From Catajapyx aquilonaris (Eukaryota): 64,000 bases of DNA. The stretch lies in NCBI GenBank assembly GCA_000934665.2, contig JYFJ02001299.1, positions 1 through 64,000 on the forward strand, in the 5' to 3' direction. The notes beneath the pieces were generated by a model that saw nothing but the letters and a program-made list of their open reading frames with translations, had not been told where the DNA came from and did not search any database. The position numbers were made by a program, and so were the translations under genes. Every line of letters begins with the position of its first letter. Position 1 is the first letter of the stretch. Below, piece after piece: positions 38,901 to 50,248 of the stretch.

Positions 38901-41900
38901 CACCTAAATTCCACTCATGTCAGCATACATAACGACGGTGCATAAAAATGCAAAAATTAATGAGCGTGCCTGGGGGAATAAAAAAGTGGGTTTCAAATGT
39001 GCACGATTTTATGATGAGTTGCTCGGAATAAGAGAGATTTCATTCAGACATTTGGGGACTATATGATAAGCCCTCTTTTACCTCTCCCAAAAACTGTGGG
39101 CATCTGCTGTAGTTTAGCAAAGGCCTTATTTCCTCAATCTAATCAATTCGCTACAAATCCTGATGAGAGAGACCGGAACACCAATTCCCTCTCGTGTCCA
39201 CCGGGCATAATAATCCAATGTGACGTATCATTGCGTCGAATGCAATTTTCAACTTCGATTTATCCCCAATTTGCAAATCACATTCACACTGATTTGTAAA
39301 CGCCCTGGTTTAATTAAGGTAGTTTTTCGATCAGTAAATATCATGAAAAAAAATAGATGTTTGTTTATCTTTTTTGAAAATCGATTCATGAGAGTGGCGA
39401 GTGAGGAGAAAAGTGGATAACTCATTCCGCGATGAACTACATCCCTGGAAAGTTCGATCTTCCAATAGTTCATCACAATAGCCATCCCACCTCATTTGGA
39501 ATCTCTGGAATGGAAACAAGAACCCTCCTCCAGCATTACAAACCAGATACGCTCGGGTACGCTATCGATTTAACTGCGAAAAAAAAACTATACTGTATAC
39601 TATATACTATGAAGTGAAAACGGTTGCCTCCTATGCGGCTGTCGGCATAGACCAGAATCAACAGAGGTGTATAGTAAAAATAGGAGAGATCAGATGGGAA
39701 AGGAAAGGTGCAACTGTGTGTGTCCACCTTTTTATCTAGTTATAAAATAATTCATGGGTGGGCTTTAAATCCTCTTGCGATTTTACTTCCGGATTTTAAG
39801 GATTTAAAATAGGAGAGGCTCAATAATTTAGTGCGGCTGGAGACCCAGCCATTAGCCCTCATTTATAGTGCAGAAGATGTTATTGTTCCTTTGTGATTGG
39901 AATGAAACATGAGGGTTGGGTCCAACTTGGCCAAAATGATGGTCAAATCGTGTCTAGTAGGGTTGAAAATAGTTGCAGCGCGCTTGAGTAATATTTAGGC
40001 CTATACTGTCTGCTTTGATTAGTCAGAATCTCGTTTTGAATTCGGTTGTCAGAAGTGTACAGATGTTGCAGAATAGGATGAGAACAAAGCTGATGCTGCA
40101 TCTCAGAGTACTGTATATACGCCTGGTACAGTACATGTAGCAAGGAATTTATCAGTAGGATGAACATCCTTTCTAGTGAAAATGTCTAAATTGAATTATT
40201 CACAAAATCCGTGCAACTCATTAAATTAGCGAGGTACATGAACCTGCCTTAGGCAAATTGTATAATGTACCATCGACTCATTTACATGTTGGTATTGTAG
40301 CATAATATGAATGTGTCAGATTTCAACTCGGAATCATTTAAATTGAAGTCAAATCGTCGGGTTCCAAATTAAATTAATTTCTCACGGCGAACGACGATCC
40401 TAAGCCATCAGTCTGAGAAACAAGGTACGAACATATAGATCTATTTTCCCAGGGCGACAACAGCAAGGTAGGCAAAAATAAGCCGAATCGATTTCCTCCA
40501 GCAAAACCGGATGGGAAAGAGGCTGGATGGAAAGGCGATTAGCCAAGCCCTCCAATTTTGATATAGCTCGGGGAGGAAGCGAACCCTAAGCTCTTCAGGA
40601 TCAGTTTTGACAACAACACCTCCTCCTCCTTCTCCGGGACACTTTGGGCTTTGCCTCAAATCCCAAATGAGGTATCTATATCCCTGGTATACTCGGAGGT
40701 TTCCCCTCCGACAGCCGACGGCAAAAGGCCACCGAACTCTCTCTGTATCCAACATCTACAGACTACTCTTATTGGACGATGCACTCAAGGCTTGAGTGAA
40801 TGGACTCTCTTGGCCCCAATTAGTTTTCCGATAAGGGAGAGACCCGATAATTAATTCAGCCCACTATGCGCAATTCCTTACCTATTCAGAAGTATTTTCT
40901 GCACAATTTTTTTGCGAGTGACCTACTTTTGTCAGTCATCAAGCATTAGTGCTAATTTCGGATTCTCTAAAATAATGGTCGAGCCTGACACATCCGGAAC
41001 AGGCTTTTTCATTAGGCACACCGCTAGCAATGTGCAAGTATTGGTCAAAATTTAGGAAGCTGAAGGATTTGTTTTGTCAGTTACAATTAGGGATTTCCAG
41101 TATTAGGCTCGTTAGGTCGTTATTAATCTTTAATTTGTTTACTTCTTCTAAGCAATACTGCATATTTCAAAGCAGTGTCGCTTTTAACTAATGAACTTGC
41201 CAAATCGCAGGCACTTCAAACGAACTTGTTTAAACAGAAATATTTTAAAATTAATGCACTAGCTTAATCCACCATTTTCATTACGTTTGAGTATGGCAAC
41301 AGAAGAGGCGACGTAAGAGAAGAAAATAAACTTTGGCAGGTACTTTCCCACGTCACAATGTTGTTTTGAGATGTCGGAAGCGTTTCTTTTTTCTTGAGCA
41401 GCGAGCGTGCCATTTAACGAACCGGGAGTTACCTCTCGTTTTAAGGAGGCAGAAGACATCAAAAGGTAAAAGTTTAATTAAATGGAACAATGATGAGACC
41501 TAATAGGCTGCCCTGGAGAGGAGTTTGACTTCGTTAATAGGCTAGGGCTCCCTGTGCCGCGTCCCAGCTGCACTGAGAAAAAGGCCCAATCAAATCAAGA
41601 AGAGTCTCTTTGAAGTATTATGCGCCTCACACTTACACTGCGACACTTGTACCGCTCGGATAATAATTTGCGATGTAGTTATATACATGACTTCGAGGAA
41701 GAAAAGCGTTGTGCAGTGTGGAACGTCGGATTTTACAAAGACTGAAATCCGTACAATTCACATGAAAAGGTCGTAATAATTCATGAGTAATATCACCTAA
41801 TATTTTATATCCGAAGTATATTCCATGCGCTGCAGCGTCAAAGTTAGATGAAAATGAACATGACAGGTTATCCCCCATGGCCTGGCAAACTAACGCACAT

Positions 41901-44900
41901 GTGGGATTCACGACCATCCCTTGACAAACTGTAAATAAACCAAAACCATCGACCCTCCCCCTTGATGTCAAAGCCCCCACTAAAAAGGGGCCAACGTTGC
42001 CATATGACCTCTTATGTCAATGACCCAATACACATGAAGAATTCGACACAAGCTTGATTATTGTTATAACTCTTAATCTTTCACATGCTTACATGTCGGA
42101 AGTAGAAAACTGAATTTGCTATGAAAATGTGTGCTTAATTAAAAATCATGACAAAAATGTGATGGTTCCCAATTTCAGGACCTCGCAATAACCCCCCAAC
42201 ACTGCTGCGCTCTCCCCACATGAAAATGCTAAATCGCGCGAATTATCCGAACAAATTCCGAGTGGTCCGAAGCTGATAAGTCCAGCGTGCAACCATGGGG
42301 ATCTTGTCCTTCGCCGCAGCCGAATTGAGGTCCAACCCCTGGCTTCTGCATGACGTGTAATTGCAAAAACAGAGGTCATTCCTCTTTCCCCCACAGGGCC
42401 CAACGTTTATGGCATGTGCCAACTGCTGCCCATCCAAGATTGGATTCACATACCGTGTTTAATTATTTTGTTGCAATTATGCAAGTCCAAGCCTGCGGGC
42501 TAATTACACTCTGTGGAACGAATTAGAAGCAAGTGTTGTGTAAGAGGCAGAAGCAGAGAGTGCCCAAGCAGCCAAGCGCTGGACAATCCCTCTCTCTAGG
42601 CTCTAATCTTATTCCAGACGCTGGCAAAGAGAATCCAGGCCTCTGCACTAATGAGCTAATTAAATTCCTAAGCGCCCCGGAGTTTCTTGCTTCCATTCTA
42701 CACTGCTAAGAAAAAGAACGCGGAGGTTAACCAGGATTCGTCCCACACTTCAATTCCAAAATCCTCTTCCATCCTAGCTTGGGACATGTCCCACAATTGA
42801 AAACGTCGACCCGGATTCAGATGTTGCCAAGTTGCAACTAGGTCACCTTTTTAAAAATTGGCTACAGTGCAGGATATCGCAAGAGAAAAGAGCCTGACTT
42901 TGCTTTTTATGACAATGGATGGTCTTTTTTTTCTTTCTTTCAAAACCCGTAAGAATTCAAGCATGCTATTGCCATTTCTTCAGATTTTTTGGGGGGAGCC
43001 ATTTTGTATATCAGGCAAACACAGCCTCGGAAAAAAAAATGCCTTAATTATTTTCTTAATGGGATCCGCACCTCTGTCGCGCCAGATTTGATGCATCCTT
43101 TTGAAAAAAAATCTGGCACCAACAACGACCAAAGTAAAGCCATAAGGAGAGCCTAGTTAGGAGGCAAGCACCTCCTCCAAAAACTAGCCTAACTTGTGAT
43201 TGCCATTGTCTTCCCCCTCCTGGAGTAAGACTTAATAAGCGTAGTCCGAAACTTGTCCCAAAACTTGGGCTCCCATAATCTGCCCTCTCCTTTAGGTCCC
43301 CCATGCATGCAAATAGAGCGGCCTACTTAACTCCTACACAAGGCGACAACGTTTGCCTACCATATAATTGAATCCTGATGTAAATAGCCAGGTTAAAGAC
43401 ACGAACTCAATTAAGTTTTCGCGGAGAGGTCCGTTAGGATAACATCCCCTTCCCCGACCTAACACGGTCAGGTTTTGGATGAAGGACCTGGGGTTGAAAC
43501 TTTGGGCTTAGAAACTCGGCTCATTTTGGGGAGCCAAGCCACCAGAGTGAGCCGTACTCTGTCGTCAGCATTTGTCGAAAAATACTGTGGCTCCTCTTCC
43601 GGTACTCTTTTGTCAAAATGTGTTCCGTTCACACACAAAAAAATGGAGCGTGATATAATGGCATTATGATGGGCCCCCCTTTTTTGAATGTAAAGCGGCG
43701 GAATATGGTAATAAAAGTGCGTGCTGGTGGTAATACCCATTATGGGAGCTGCGCTTCGATAGTCTCTTAACGCAGATTGGCATTGATTTGGTGATAAACC
43801 GGACGCTTTGGCCCATCTTTTGATGGGACAATCGATACCGGACTAATGGACGGTGTGTTTATTCCAAACTGCCAACCAAAAAACTAGCCACTCGCAAGTT
43901 AGTTTTCTGAACTAACATGGTCCGAGCGTATTGAAAAGTTGTCCCCGCAGTTAATCACATTAACCTCGCTGTTGATGTATACGTTCCTTTGTACGTTGGC
44001 AACACTGCCACCTGGGAAGCGTCCCAGTTTTTTCGTGGAACCTTCAAAAGGCCCGGGCGTCTGTGAGAAATCTAATTGCGGTCGCAGGTATGAAGCCTGT
44101 AGGGTTGATTGCGACGGGGGGTAAAAAAAAAATTGTGTGTGTTAAAAAAAACTAGCGTTCAAAACTAGAGTGCTATAGTCTCATGTGGGTAGAGAGGGGG
44201 ATTCCGGTGGGGAAAAGCCAGCTGGATGGACCAGGGGCTTAAATTAGCCTGCGGCCACCAGTTAAAGCAACCAATGCGACCCGGGTAATTAAATTTATAA
44301 ATAACAGAGTGCAACTGGCAGCTTTGTCGCACCGTACTTTCGCCTACTGCAATTTACCGTATGCGCCTCGGTTTAAAAAAATCTAACTGATTTTTGGATG
44401 TAGGCTACTGTATATATCTCGCACGTATATTTGGTAATCGAATAACAAAGTTCAGTAACAAAACTGGTGAAATATTATTCCAAATTTTCTTGTTGGACAC
44501 AGCACGAACTTTGCCATAGTTTTGAAAATTTTACCACTACCATATTGTTAATTTTCCGGATCATTTTTTTCCCCAGTCCGGCTTTTCGACCTCTCCATAA
44601 AAAGCTGAAGATCATCTGGAGTCATTTGATTGAACGGCTTTTAAGTAAAGCCCCCTGAGGTAATCTCGGTTGCCAATTTTATCCCAGGCCAGACTTCCGA
44701 TGCCCGCTCCCGGATAATTCTCCGGAATCCATAAGACCCCGAATCGCATCTGCTCGGTTCCCGCAGCCCTAGGAATAAGCCATAAAACATGCTAATCCCA
44801 TAAGCGGCCGAAGTGAACGGAAAGCACGCAATCCGCCATGACACCGCCCATTTCGACGCACTCCCAGGAAAAAGAAGTGCGAGCCTGTGCCCAATCACAC

Positions 44901-47900
44901 TTTCTTTCCTAAGTGCACTACTAGCCATACATATGGAGCTTTTTGGAGAGAATATCATATCAGCTTATGCCGCGCGACAAAAAAGCTATTGCTACACAGT
45001 GTGTATTGGTCGACTTACCTCCTTTGGTGGATGGATATATGGCGAAGGCTGGTTCCTGTATCCAGGCTGCTACTTGCACCAGATCCCTCACAAATCCGGG
45101 CACGTCACATCGCAGGACGGCCACTGTCCCTCTGGTCGCAGCTCGAGCTCGAGCTTGAACTTCGTACGGTTGAGCTACCACTGAAACAAGAAGAGAGAAG
45201 TTCAGTATAGTGACCAAGTCAAATGGAGCTAAAAGGGGGAAAAAATACGTAAAACCGAATAATAGTTACTGCTTCATAATTATATTCTGCAGAAATGCAT
45301 TGGACTCTTGCGGACTCTTCAATAATTTATTACAGATTCACTCGCAAAAAGAAATAGTTCAGATAAGCTTATCGACCGGCACTGCCTAACAAGGCACTGT
45401 AGTCCATTTTGTTGAACAAAATTCTCCAGATGCAATGCGGTTTGCAATAAGACGGTTCAGCAATGCATGTCCCTGCGGCCTTAACTATATCCGCCGGTTT
45501 CGCAAAGACATTTTGATTGGCTTGCGTAGTCCGCAGGCACAAAGGACGCAATTACGGAGCTCACATTCAAGTGTAGACCTGTTAGTGTCTTGTTGTTGCG
45601 ACTGTACACAGGTGTATATATGCTTACGAGAGAGGACTCAGGTCCCCGCAGCAATTCTGAGGGAAGAGCAGTCCTATCTGGATATCAAATTCTCCGTCGC
45701 AAGTCTTGGGACTTCACCGAAAAGAGGTTCGCCTCTAGGGTTAGAAGTGAAGAGAACAGCGTGGACGAAGCGCTCTTGAAATTTCTCCCCGATTCGAATC
45801 ACGTCAAATGGTCACGAGAGAACTTTTCCTGCCCCGAGCAGATGGCCAGCGTTGGGAAAATCCGCTAGGAAATGGTGCCCAACAAGGAAATTGCGCCCTT
45901 GCTTCTCGTCCCCATCCGAAATACCTACCAAAAGCAAAAGGACCCAGGAAAACGAGATGGGGAAAACTCGAGGTTCCGGTTTTGCTTGTCGAGGTGTGGC
46001 AGAAACAACGCCACAATATAGATGCTCCCCGTTGCATGGGTCGCATAAATCCTTTTTTATTGCAACATAGTGCTAATCCCATTTGTAGTACACACGCAGA
46101 GAGTACACGGAATAATCAAAAGCAACTTGTGCTCATGTCGACCTACTACAAAAATTTAAACAGTTTTTCCCCTCTACTCGCACTAATTACTGTCAAATAA
46201 TTTTTATAGCTGTATTTGGTGTGATGTACCAAGCGAACTGGACAGATATTTGCATCGCTGTCACCAACCTTAGAAGCACACGTCGTACTAGGACTTTAGA
46301 CTTTGACAATCGCACGCATCCCTCCCTGTTGAAGACCTGCTCTTCTCCTGAATAATTAAATCCGGGCCCAGAGTGAAGAGACAGTGCTGCTCTTACAAAT
46401 TGCATTCCATCCCTGGCGTTAGTTTGTCTATAACTTAGTTTACCTGCGCACAGCCAGCTGATCAAGCCTCCGGATTAACAAGTTAGACCTGTTTCATAAC
46501 ACGGGGGTGGGGCCTAGGTGGAAAATGGAGCGCCGTTCGGAACTTGCTGATTACACCCGACAAGCCCGTGAATTAGCTCTAACGAGAAATAGCCTGGCCT
46601 CGTGGACTCTATTGACTCTTAGAGTGGATGGAAAGGCCACCACCGCAATGTCACTTTTGATAAAAAAAATATTCAGGAAGGGCAAAAAAAATGGAGTTTG
46701 ATTCTCCAAGGGTATGCAACACGCAAAGGGAATTATCCCATGGGTGCCATGGTCACGAAACCTGTGCTTTCGTACTCAGTAGGCTGTAACAACAACTGGT
46801 AAGAGCTGGCACCGAAATCACTCATTTGGTTCAGCTGCTGCGGGGATAATTATTCATGAGGCGGGGAATCCACGCCATGGGCGCCACTGGAAATCTCCAT
46901 TCAAACTTTGGGCTCGGGAATATTCTTGGCTCATCTTGATGTGGGTACACTTTTGGTCCAATTACGCCGCAACTTCTACCGCTTTAAATACGGGGGGATT
47001 TACTTTCCGATTCTGCAGCGCGTTCAAGCCAGGTCGGAAACTTGTTCATGGTTTTACCAAAATTATTACTCGAGGTGGAGAAAATTAACAAAGGATTCTT
47101 GTCAAGGCGTCTATATACAGTGTGAAAGCTTGTCTTATGTAGAGTTAGATCTTTCTGGCATTTTAAGTGAAACAAATGCAGATACGTAAGCCTTAACTGA
47201 AATATGCATTGCGTTTATTGAATTTCCAGTGCGCCACAGAAATCAGATTTATTATTATAACGTGTAGACCTATAGGTAACAGTGTGAAAGACGTGCTCTA
47301 ATTAGTTCCTTTAGACAACCTGTTGTCTAATTATTGTTGTATCTCATGTAACTACTATTAATATTATGCCGGGCTGTCAGGTTAATGAAGTGTAATTGGA
47401 TTTTAATGGGGATTGTTCAGAAGTCGCGGTTTCAAAATTATGGTTGCCTCCTTGAAAGCACTGGAAGCCGAATGATTAACATATTGCTTACGGATGAGGG
47501 TCGACTACTTGTAACATTTTCATGCTGCTAATGCAATGTTGTCAACTAATGTGTGTAAAATTAGAAACATTTCTCTGAGTGAGACATTAAAATGCAGTAC
47601 TAATCAGATGCAAAATATTGTTAATAATAATCGAGCCCATATGAAGCATTAGTATTCCGGTTATCCACTTATTGCTCATAAGCTTCTCTGATGGTCAGTA
47701 TGATACCCAGGCAGCATGATGTGATTGCATGATTTGCCATCGATAAATCCAGGGAGTAAACTCTGCATGCGACAAATATATATGAGCAACGAATTTGAAA
47801 ATCTGCCTGCAGTGGTTTTTGTTCATTTACACACAAGCCCAGCATAGTCAATATAGGTCATGCTGTTACACAAATTAGGTTCACTCTCAACAAGCATCCT

Positions 47901-49595
47901 CCTCGATATAGGCTTGACCCTTTAAAAAAGTGCTAATGATATCACATTGGAGGATCAGTGGTAATGTCATAATTAATATTGATGCACAAATTTGCACCGG
48001 ATATCTCCAAATATCTTTCTGAGTGACTGCATTTTCAAAATTTTGATCGGTTCTGCAAACACCTCTGTGCAATAAAGCTCTCTAAAAAAACTCTAAATCC
48101 CACTTGACAAAGTGCAGATGATTTTCAAAAGAGTGGCAACGGGATCCCCCATGAAGTGCGCTTTTTTAAAAAAAGCGCATGGCTGTTCTCTCAGTCGAAC
48201 AAAATTGGGTGTCAATAGGACCCCAGCGCCCTCTTCATTTCCTCATTAGTGTCAGGAGGAAGCCAGGAGCCTTTCATCTCTCCGCCGAAGAAAAAAAAAA
48301 GATGCAATGCGACAAAAGGACTCTTTCCTCTTGCAATTCCTGCAAAACTTCTCCTTCAGTCTACTACCTCTACTACCCCCTTGAATCCCTACCTTTTCTG
48401 CGTTGCCCTCCGTGTCAACAGATCCGCCTGCTTGGGGTAACGAGGAGGGCAAACAAGGTCGAAACGAGGCCCGCCCTGCGGAAACAAAACAAAGTCTTCG
48501 AAACATCCGCGACCCAAGAAAGCACTCGAGGGTGAAGATGATTCCACAGCGCTGCCGATTTAAATTTTCTTCTCCTTTCTTTCTCTCTTTTTTTTTTGTA
48601 ACCATCCTGACTTTCCCTTGTTTCCTTTTCCAAAAAATAAAAAAAGAAAGAAAAGCTCGAGTGATTCCAAATGCATTTCCGATGTTGAAAATATACTGTT
48701 TTAGTTTTTGGGGGGTAAAACGAGGACTGCTTTTTATGTAAGGCTTCGACGGTGCGTGTATGACACACAAAGGGGGGAAATAAGATCGTTTGGGTAAGTT
48801 TTGGGGCAAAAGGAGAATTGATCGAGGTACGCCAGCTTTTGTACTGGTTTGATGTTTAATTAGTGTTCTGGGAGAGGTGATGCAGCTTGGAGGAAAACCA
48901 TGGCCGCGGAAGGCACAAAAGTTTTGTAAAATCGATTGTATACCGCATTTTGCTAAGTTACAATTAATTTGTGACAAAACAACATATTTTATGTCCATGC
49001 TTTTATGTACCGAATAAACGTCCCTGAAGCGCAGGTTTGACATCAATATCAGGCCCGTGAATGCATTATATGTTACGGTGAAACGTAACATGAAGTGAGA
49101 ATTATTATGAAATGTCATTTGCCCCCCTATAACGCGTTGAACTGAATCCCAAATTACTCCGAAATTACATTGGCACATAAAATGAATTAGTCCGCCCCGC
49201 ATTATCACCATAAATGACATGCTGGGTCATTATATGGGAAATTCCACCATGACCTGTTAGTGACTGACCTGCTCTGACATGCACGTCCCTGCTGATGATC
49301 CTTCCGACCGAATTGGTGAGCATGCATCTGTAGACAGCGCTGTGTATGTCCTGCCTGTAGCTTCCTGCAGGAAAGGGCAGGAAGAGAAGGGTCCCGTTGG
49401 GAAGCACCCGTCTGATTGTTGGAAGGTCTGCCACAGGTGCACCCTCGGCGGTCATCCATTCGGCCCTCGGAGGAGGGTTGCCCACCCCACTACAGTTGAG
49501 CGGTGCACCCACATTGTTACTGAAGTCCAGGCGAGGCGGAGGCTCCACCAGGAAAGTGGGACCTCGGAGGTGAGTCTCGGGATTGGCCCACACTC
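2665..49595 (-). CDS. Dscam2: Dscam2-like Down syndrome cell adhesion molecule, 5'-partial (signal-peptide exon not found); 28 exons including two alternative Ig7 exons
   Basis: Domain order 9 Ig - 4 FNIII - Ig - 2 FNIII - TM - tail. Hallmark peptides: GPTFLVEPPPRLDFSNNVGAPLNCS, YVIGQYVTVHGDVISYVN, EDIYPYATF, ELSEAECD, C-terminal YSIAV. The exon sum with one Ig7 exon is 5609 nt and frame-consistent. Two Ig7 variants and no exon 4/6 arrays match insect Dscam2 rather than Dscam1. Confidence 0.9.
3477..3567 (-). CDS. Dscam2: Dscam exon: cytoplasmic Ser-rich
   Basis: DFVYHAAESSTSPELSPLSEQRSLPWRSKS; ttttag acceptor, gtaaag donor. Confidence 0.78.
4199..4238 (-). CDS. Dscam2: Dscam exon: short cytoplasmic exon
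   Basis: ttgcag|ATG AGC AAA GAA GAC TAC...TGC AAA G|gtaagg (MSKEDYSLASKCK); needed to bridge phase 0 to phase 1. Confidence 0.65.
4306..4445 (-). CDS. Dscam2: Dscam exon: cytoplasmic 2 (EDIYPYATF motif)
   Basis: ESSEDIYPYATFHLPETAPRTQDGSLFHSFIYHEQRLSEGGATPSRS; ctgtag acceptor, gtgagt donor. Confidence 0.88.
4623..4784 (-). CDS. Dscam2: Dscam exon: cytoplasmic 1
   Basis: KFPIKYRGPLEESETAASLDNKQNALAQREQFYATIHKHAVPPIQEVGPMEKVP (manual). Confidence 0.82.
4850..4993 (-). CDS. Dscam2: Dscam exon: transmembrane segment (single copy)
   Basis: GMPPPELVTVGTKQWLPFYANVKIMAPIVVSMLAVIATVTAMCLCWRN. Confidence 0.9.
5092..5235 (-). CDS. Dscam2: Dscam exon: FNIII-6 C-half
   Basis: VANDVKPLRQYTITDLESATAYKLRVTAYNHAGLKTAEYDFITLTKEG (manual). 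Confidence 0.88.
5296..5545 (-). CDS. Dscam2: Dscam exon: FNIII-5 C-half and FNIII-6 N-half
   Basis: ELQCGTTYHIFLTALNKIGTSPSS...WKDNGCPVMHFSIEYRP. Confidence 0.9.
5612..6242 (-). CDS. Dscam2: Dscam exon: FNIII-4 C-half, Ig10, start of FNIII-5
   Basis: YQFWVTASTRIGEGQSS...DSGNYTCQVGN...VPPSAPLL...HLTSYELA. Confidence 0.9.
6377..6494 (-). CDS. Dscam2: Dscam exon: FNIII-4 N-half
   Basis: VPGPPADVKAVVSSPQSIIVSWLPPKFPNGLITQYNLYV (manual). Confidence 0.88.
6548..6703 (-). CDS. Dscam2: Dscam exon: FNIII-3 C-half
   Basis: EKKTTAVTMVLVSLHKYTNYSVTLTAFTKVGNGAQSAAVYCRTDED. Confidence 0.9.
6762..6908 (-). CDS. Dscam2: Dscam exon: FNIII-3 N-half
   Basis: VPSMAPQEVRCTALTSDSLQVSWQPPSMYHANGIIQGYRIQYEPSEEWY. 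Confidence 0.9.
6964..7139 (-). CDS. Dscam2: Dscam exon: FNIII-2 C-half
   Basis: SSYNFTTV...LTGLRKFTKYVLVVQAFNKVGPGPLSDPFVVQTLED. Confidence 0.88.
7273..7860 (-). CDS. Dscam2: Dscam exon: Ig9 C-half, FNIII-1, start of FNIII-2
   Basis: DSDTYLCVASNRFGRD...QEPPDAP...AENSVGKSQPS...HWNGKLLGYYVGYK. Confidence 0.92.
8491..8644 (-). CDS. Dscam2: Dscam exon: Ig9 N-half
   Basis: AKPYFVVPSRTLTVKRGDTAALQCEVLGDKPISIIWRKGDSPITSALHHVE (manual). Confidence 0.88.
8702..8878 (-). CDS. Dscam2: Dscam exon: Ig8 C-half
   Basis: GESHANYEPM...SNGSLFIQQAREEHEGHYLCQANNGIGNGLGKVVQLMVE. Confidence 0.9.
9031..9130 (+). repeat. Dispersed repeat, copy 1 (about 100 bp)
   Basis: TCACGCATAGATGGCGC..ACTCCCTCTGCACAC...TCA.GTCGTG...GACAAA.ATC.GACGGAGA.AATAA is shared with 26654-26759. 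Confidence 0.8.
9189..9308 (-). CDS. Dscam2: Dscam exon: Ig8 N-half
   Basis: VRPQWLTEPQETRVERNRAAWIHCQADGVPTPVITWKKAI. Confidence 0.9.
11124..11411 (-). CDS. Dscam2: Dscam alternative Ig7 exon, variant 2 (3' copy)
   Basis: VPPKIEHFSFQDGLYEGMRTRAVCGVSQGDLPISISWIKDG...HSGEYTCIASNPAAEVRYTAILLVK; 288 nt, phase 1/1. Confidence 0.9.
11671..11955 (-). CDS. Dscam2: Dscam alternative Ig7 exon, variant 1 (5' copy)
   Basis: VPPKVSPFFVDQNLHLGERTTMTCTVTKGDLPLQISWLKEG...HNGNYTCLVENAAAAVTYTQQLLVN; 285 nt, phase 1/1. Confidence 0.9.
12301..12308. other. Assembly gap (8 N)
   Basis: nnnnnnnn in the sequence, in the intron between the Ig6 and first Ig7 exons. Confidence 1.
13125..13286 (-). CDS. Dscam2: Dscam exon: Ig6 C-half
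   Basis: GNRELPVDVRQKVFPNGTLVIEHVQPREDAGEYTCTAWNKQGDSARRSGEVAVI (manual); tttcag acceptor, gtacac donor. Confidence 0.9.
16636..16878 (+). mobile_element. Truncated end of a Tc1/mariner-pogo (Tigger-like) non-autonomous element with an internal 16-bp minisatellite
   Basis: TA|CAGGTGGCTCCGACTTACG start; homologous to the reverse-strand copy at 61053-61174 (shared CCGA[C/G]TTACGTAAATTGGA[G/A]GCC and CAAAAGTGTTGTGG[T/A]TTCGG). Confidence 0.65.
16644..16803 (+). repeat. Tandem repeat, 10 x 16 bp, consensus WCCGACTTACGTAGRT
   Basis: Units are directly countable, mostly alternating -GGT/-GAT endings. Confidence 0.95.
19115..19225 (-). CDS. Dscam2: Dscam exon: Ig6 N-half
   Basis: GPPYIRPISKVTAVAGKNLVLKCPVAGYPIEGVRWER (manual translation); tttgcag acceptor, gtgagt donor. 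Confidence 0.9.
19611..19655. repeat. Perfect inverted repeat, 19-bp arms, 7-nt loop
   Basis: CGATCTGATTGGTGGATCA-gatggtg-TGATCCACCAATCAGATCG. Confidence 0.92.
24243..24394 (-). CDS. Dscam2: Dscam exon: Ig5 C-half
   Basis: RYVIGQYVTVHGDVISYVNVSSVKVEDGGEYTCTTKNRAGEASHSARLNIY; tttcag acceptor, gtaagt donor. Confidence 0.92.
26654..26759 (+). repeat. Dispersed repeat, copy 2 (internal (TG)n)
   Basis: Collinear match to 9031-9130; the central part is replaced by about 10 TG units. Confidence 0.8.
28317..28461 (-). CDS. Dscam2: Dscam exon: Ig5 N-half
   Basis: DTYPSLLYTFIEQTMQPGPAVSLKCSAAGNPTPQITWALDGFPLP; ggcag acceptor, gtaagg donor. Confidence 0.92.
30187..30571 (-). CDS. Dscam2: Dscam exon: Ig3 C-half plus Ig4
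   Basis: VGGSLVVESSRIEDAGTYRC...REDKGMYQCYVKNEYETAQAAAELKLG; atcag acceptor, gtaaga donor. Confidence 0.92.
31209..31387 (-). CDS. Dscam2: Dscam exon: Ig3 N-half
   Basis: EPKRPTGPFMLDQ...AILPCAADGSPPPTYNW...RVFQ; tttgcag acceptor, gtacgt donor. Confidence 0.9.
34146..34292 (-). CDS. Dscam2: Dscam exon: Ig2 C-half
   Basis: DGKFHMHVSGELHILNVDLSDSYISYRCRTIHRLTGEEVVSPPVTVLVE (read manually; this frame is not in the ORF track); ttccag acceptor, gtaaat donor. Confidence 0.9.
37437..37575. repeat. Two adjacent perfect palindromes (38-bp and 33-bp arms, 1-nt loops)
   Basis: 37437-37474 with 37476-37513, and 37509-37541 with 37543-37575, are exact reverse complements. Confidence 0.95.
45019..45180 (-). 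CDS. Dscam2: Dscam exon: Ig2 N-half (single-copy equivalent of Dscam1 exon 4)
   Basis: VVAQPYEVQARARAATRGTVAVLRCDVPGFVRDLVQVAAWIQEPAFAIYPSTKG; ttcag acceptor, gtaagt donor; 162 nt. Confidence 0.92.
49269..49595 (-). CDS. Dscam2: Dscam exon: Ig1
   Basis: ctacag|GA GTG TGG...GPTFLVEPPPRLDFSNN...IISRDVHVRA G|gtcagt; phase 1/1. Confidence 0.92.
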
Positions 49596-50164
49596 CTGTA
49601 GAAAGAAATAATGAAAAAAATTTATTCAGTAACATAATTATGCAACTTCGTGGTCACTAAATCCACAAAAAATTTATCAGTCTATGACAACAATCAGAGG
49701 TGCAATCGGACCTTAGGTTAAGTGTCAAGGCATGGGGGAAAAAATCACTTTATACAGAAACAATTTGGCCCATTCCTCCAGCGATGATTAAGCGTCAGCT
49801 TTACTCAAAAAGTACGTAATGGACCAAAATGCAAGTGCACTACCGGCTAAGTAGTAGTCATATTTAATCACCACTCAGAAGGGGGGAAAATCCCAATCAG
49901 CAACGTTTTTTTGGCCACGTTGTATTAGAGCTATAGCAACGTTAATAAATCATGTACATTAGGGTTTATAGTAAGTGCGTAAGCTTGGTTTTACCAGTAT
50001 AACTTATATGTAATCCATAAACCCCCCTGATTTTTCATTGTTATTAACTGTTTGGTTCTTTACTGCCAAAAAAATTAACTGAGCTCAAATCCGCTGTTTG
50101 AAGCTACACCTGATGTAGTGTAGTTGTTATTCGCAAATGTATAATAAATGTGGCTGCAGCAGCA

Positions 50165-50165
<1 letters not shown>

Positions 50166-50247
<82 letters not shown>
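50166..50247 (+). repeat. (TAA)n microsatellite, about 27 units
   Basis: Directly visible. Confidence 0.97.

Positions 50248-50248
<1 letters not shown>

Noticed and set aside
48252..49220. 322-aa minus-strand ORF
   Set aside because: It lies in the Dscam intron after Ig1, has low-complexity K/F-rich composition from homopolymers and shows no recognisable domain.
13287..49268. Dscam1-type hypervariable exon arrays (Ig2/Ig3 variants) hidden in the long introns
   Set aside because: I found only one exon for each of the Ig2 and Ig3 N-halves and one TM exon. No additional Ig-like frames were recognised by eye; a tblastn with these exons would be needed to exclude degenerate copies.
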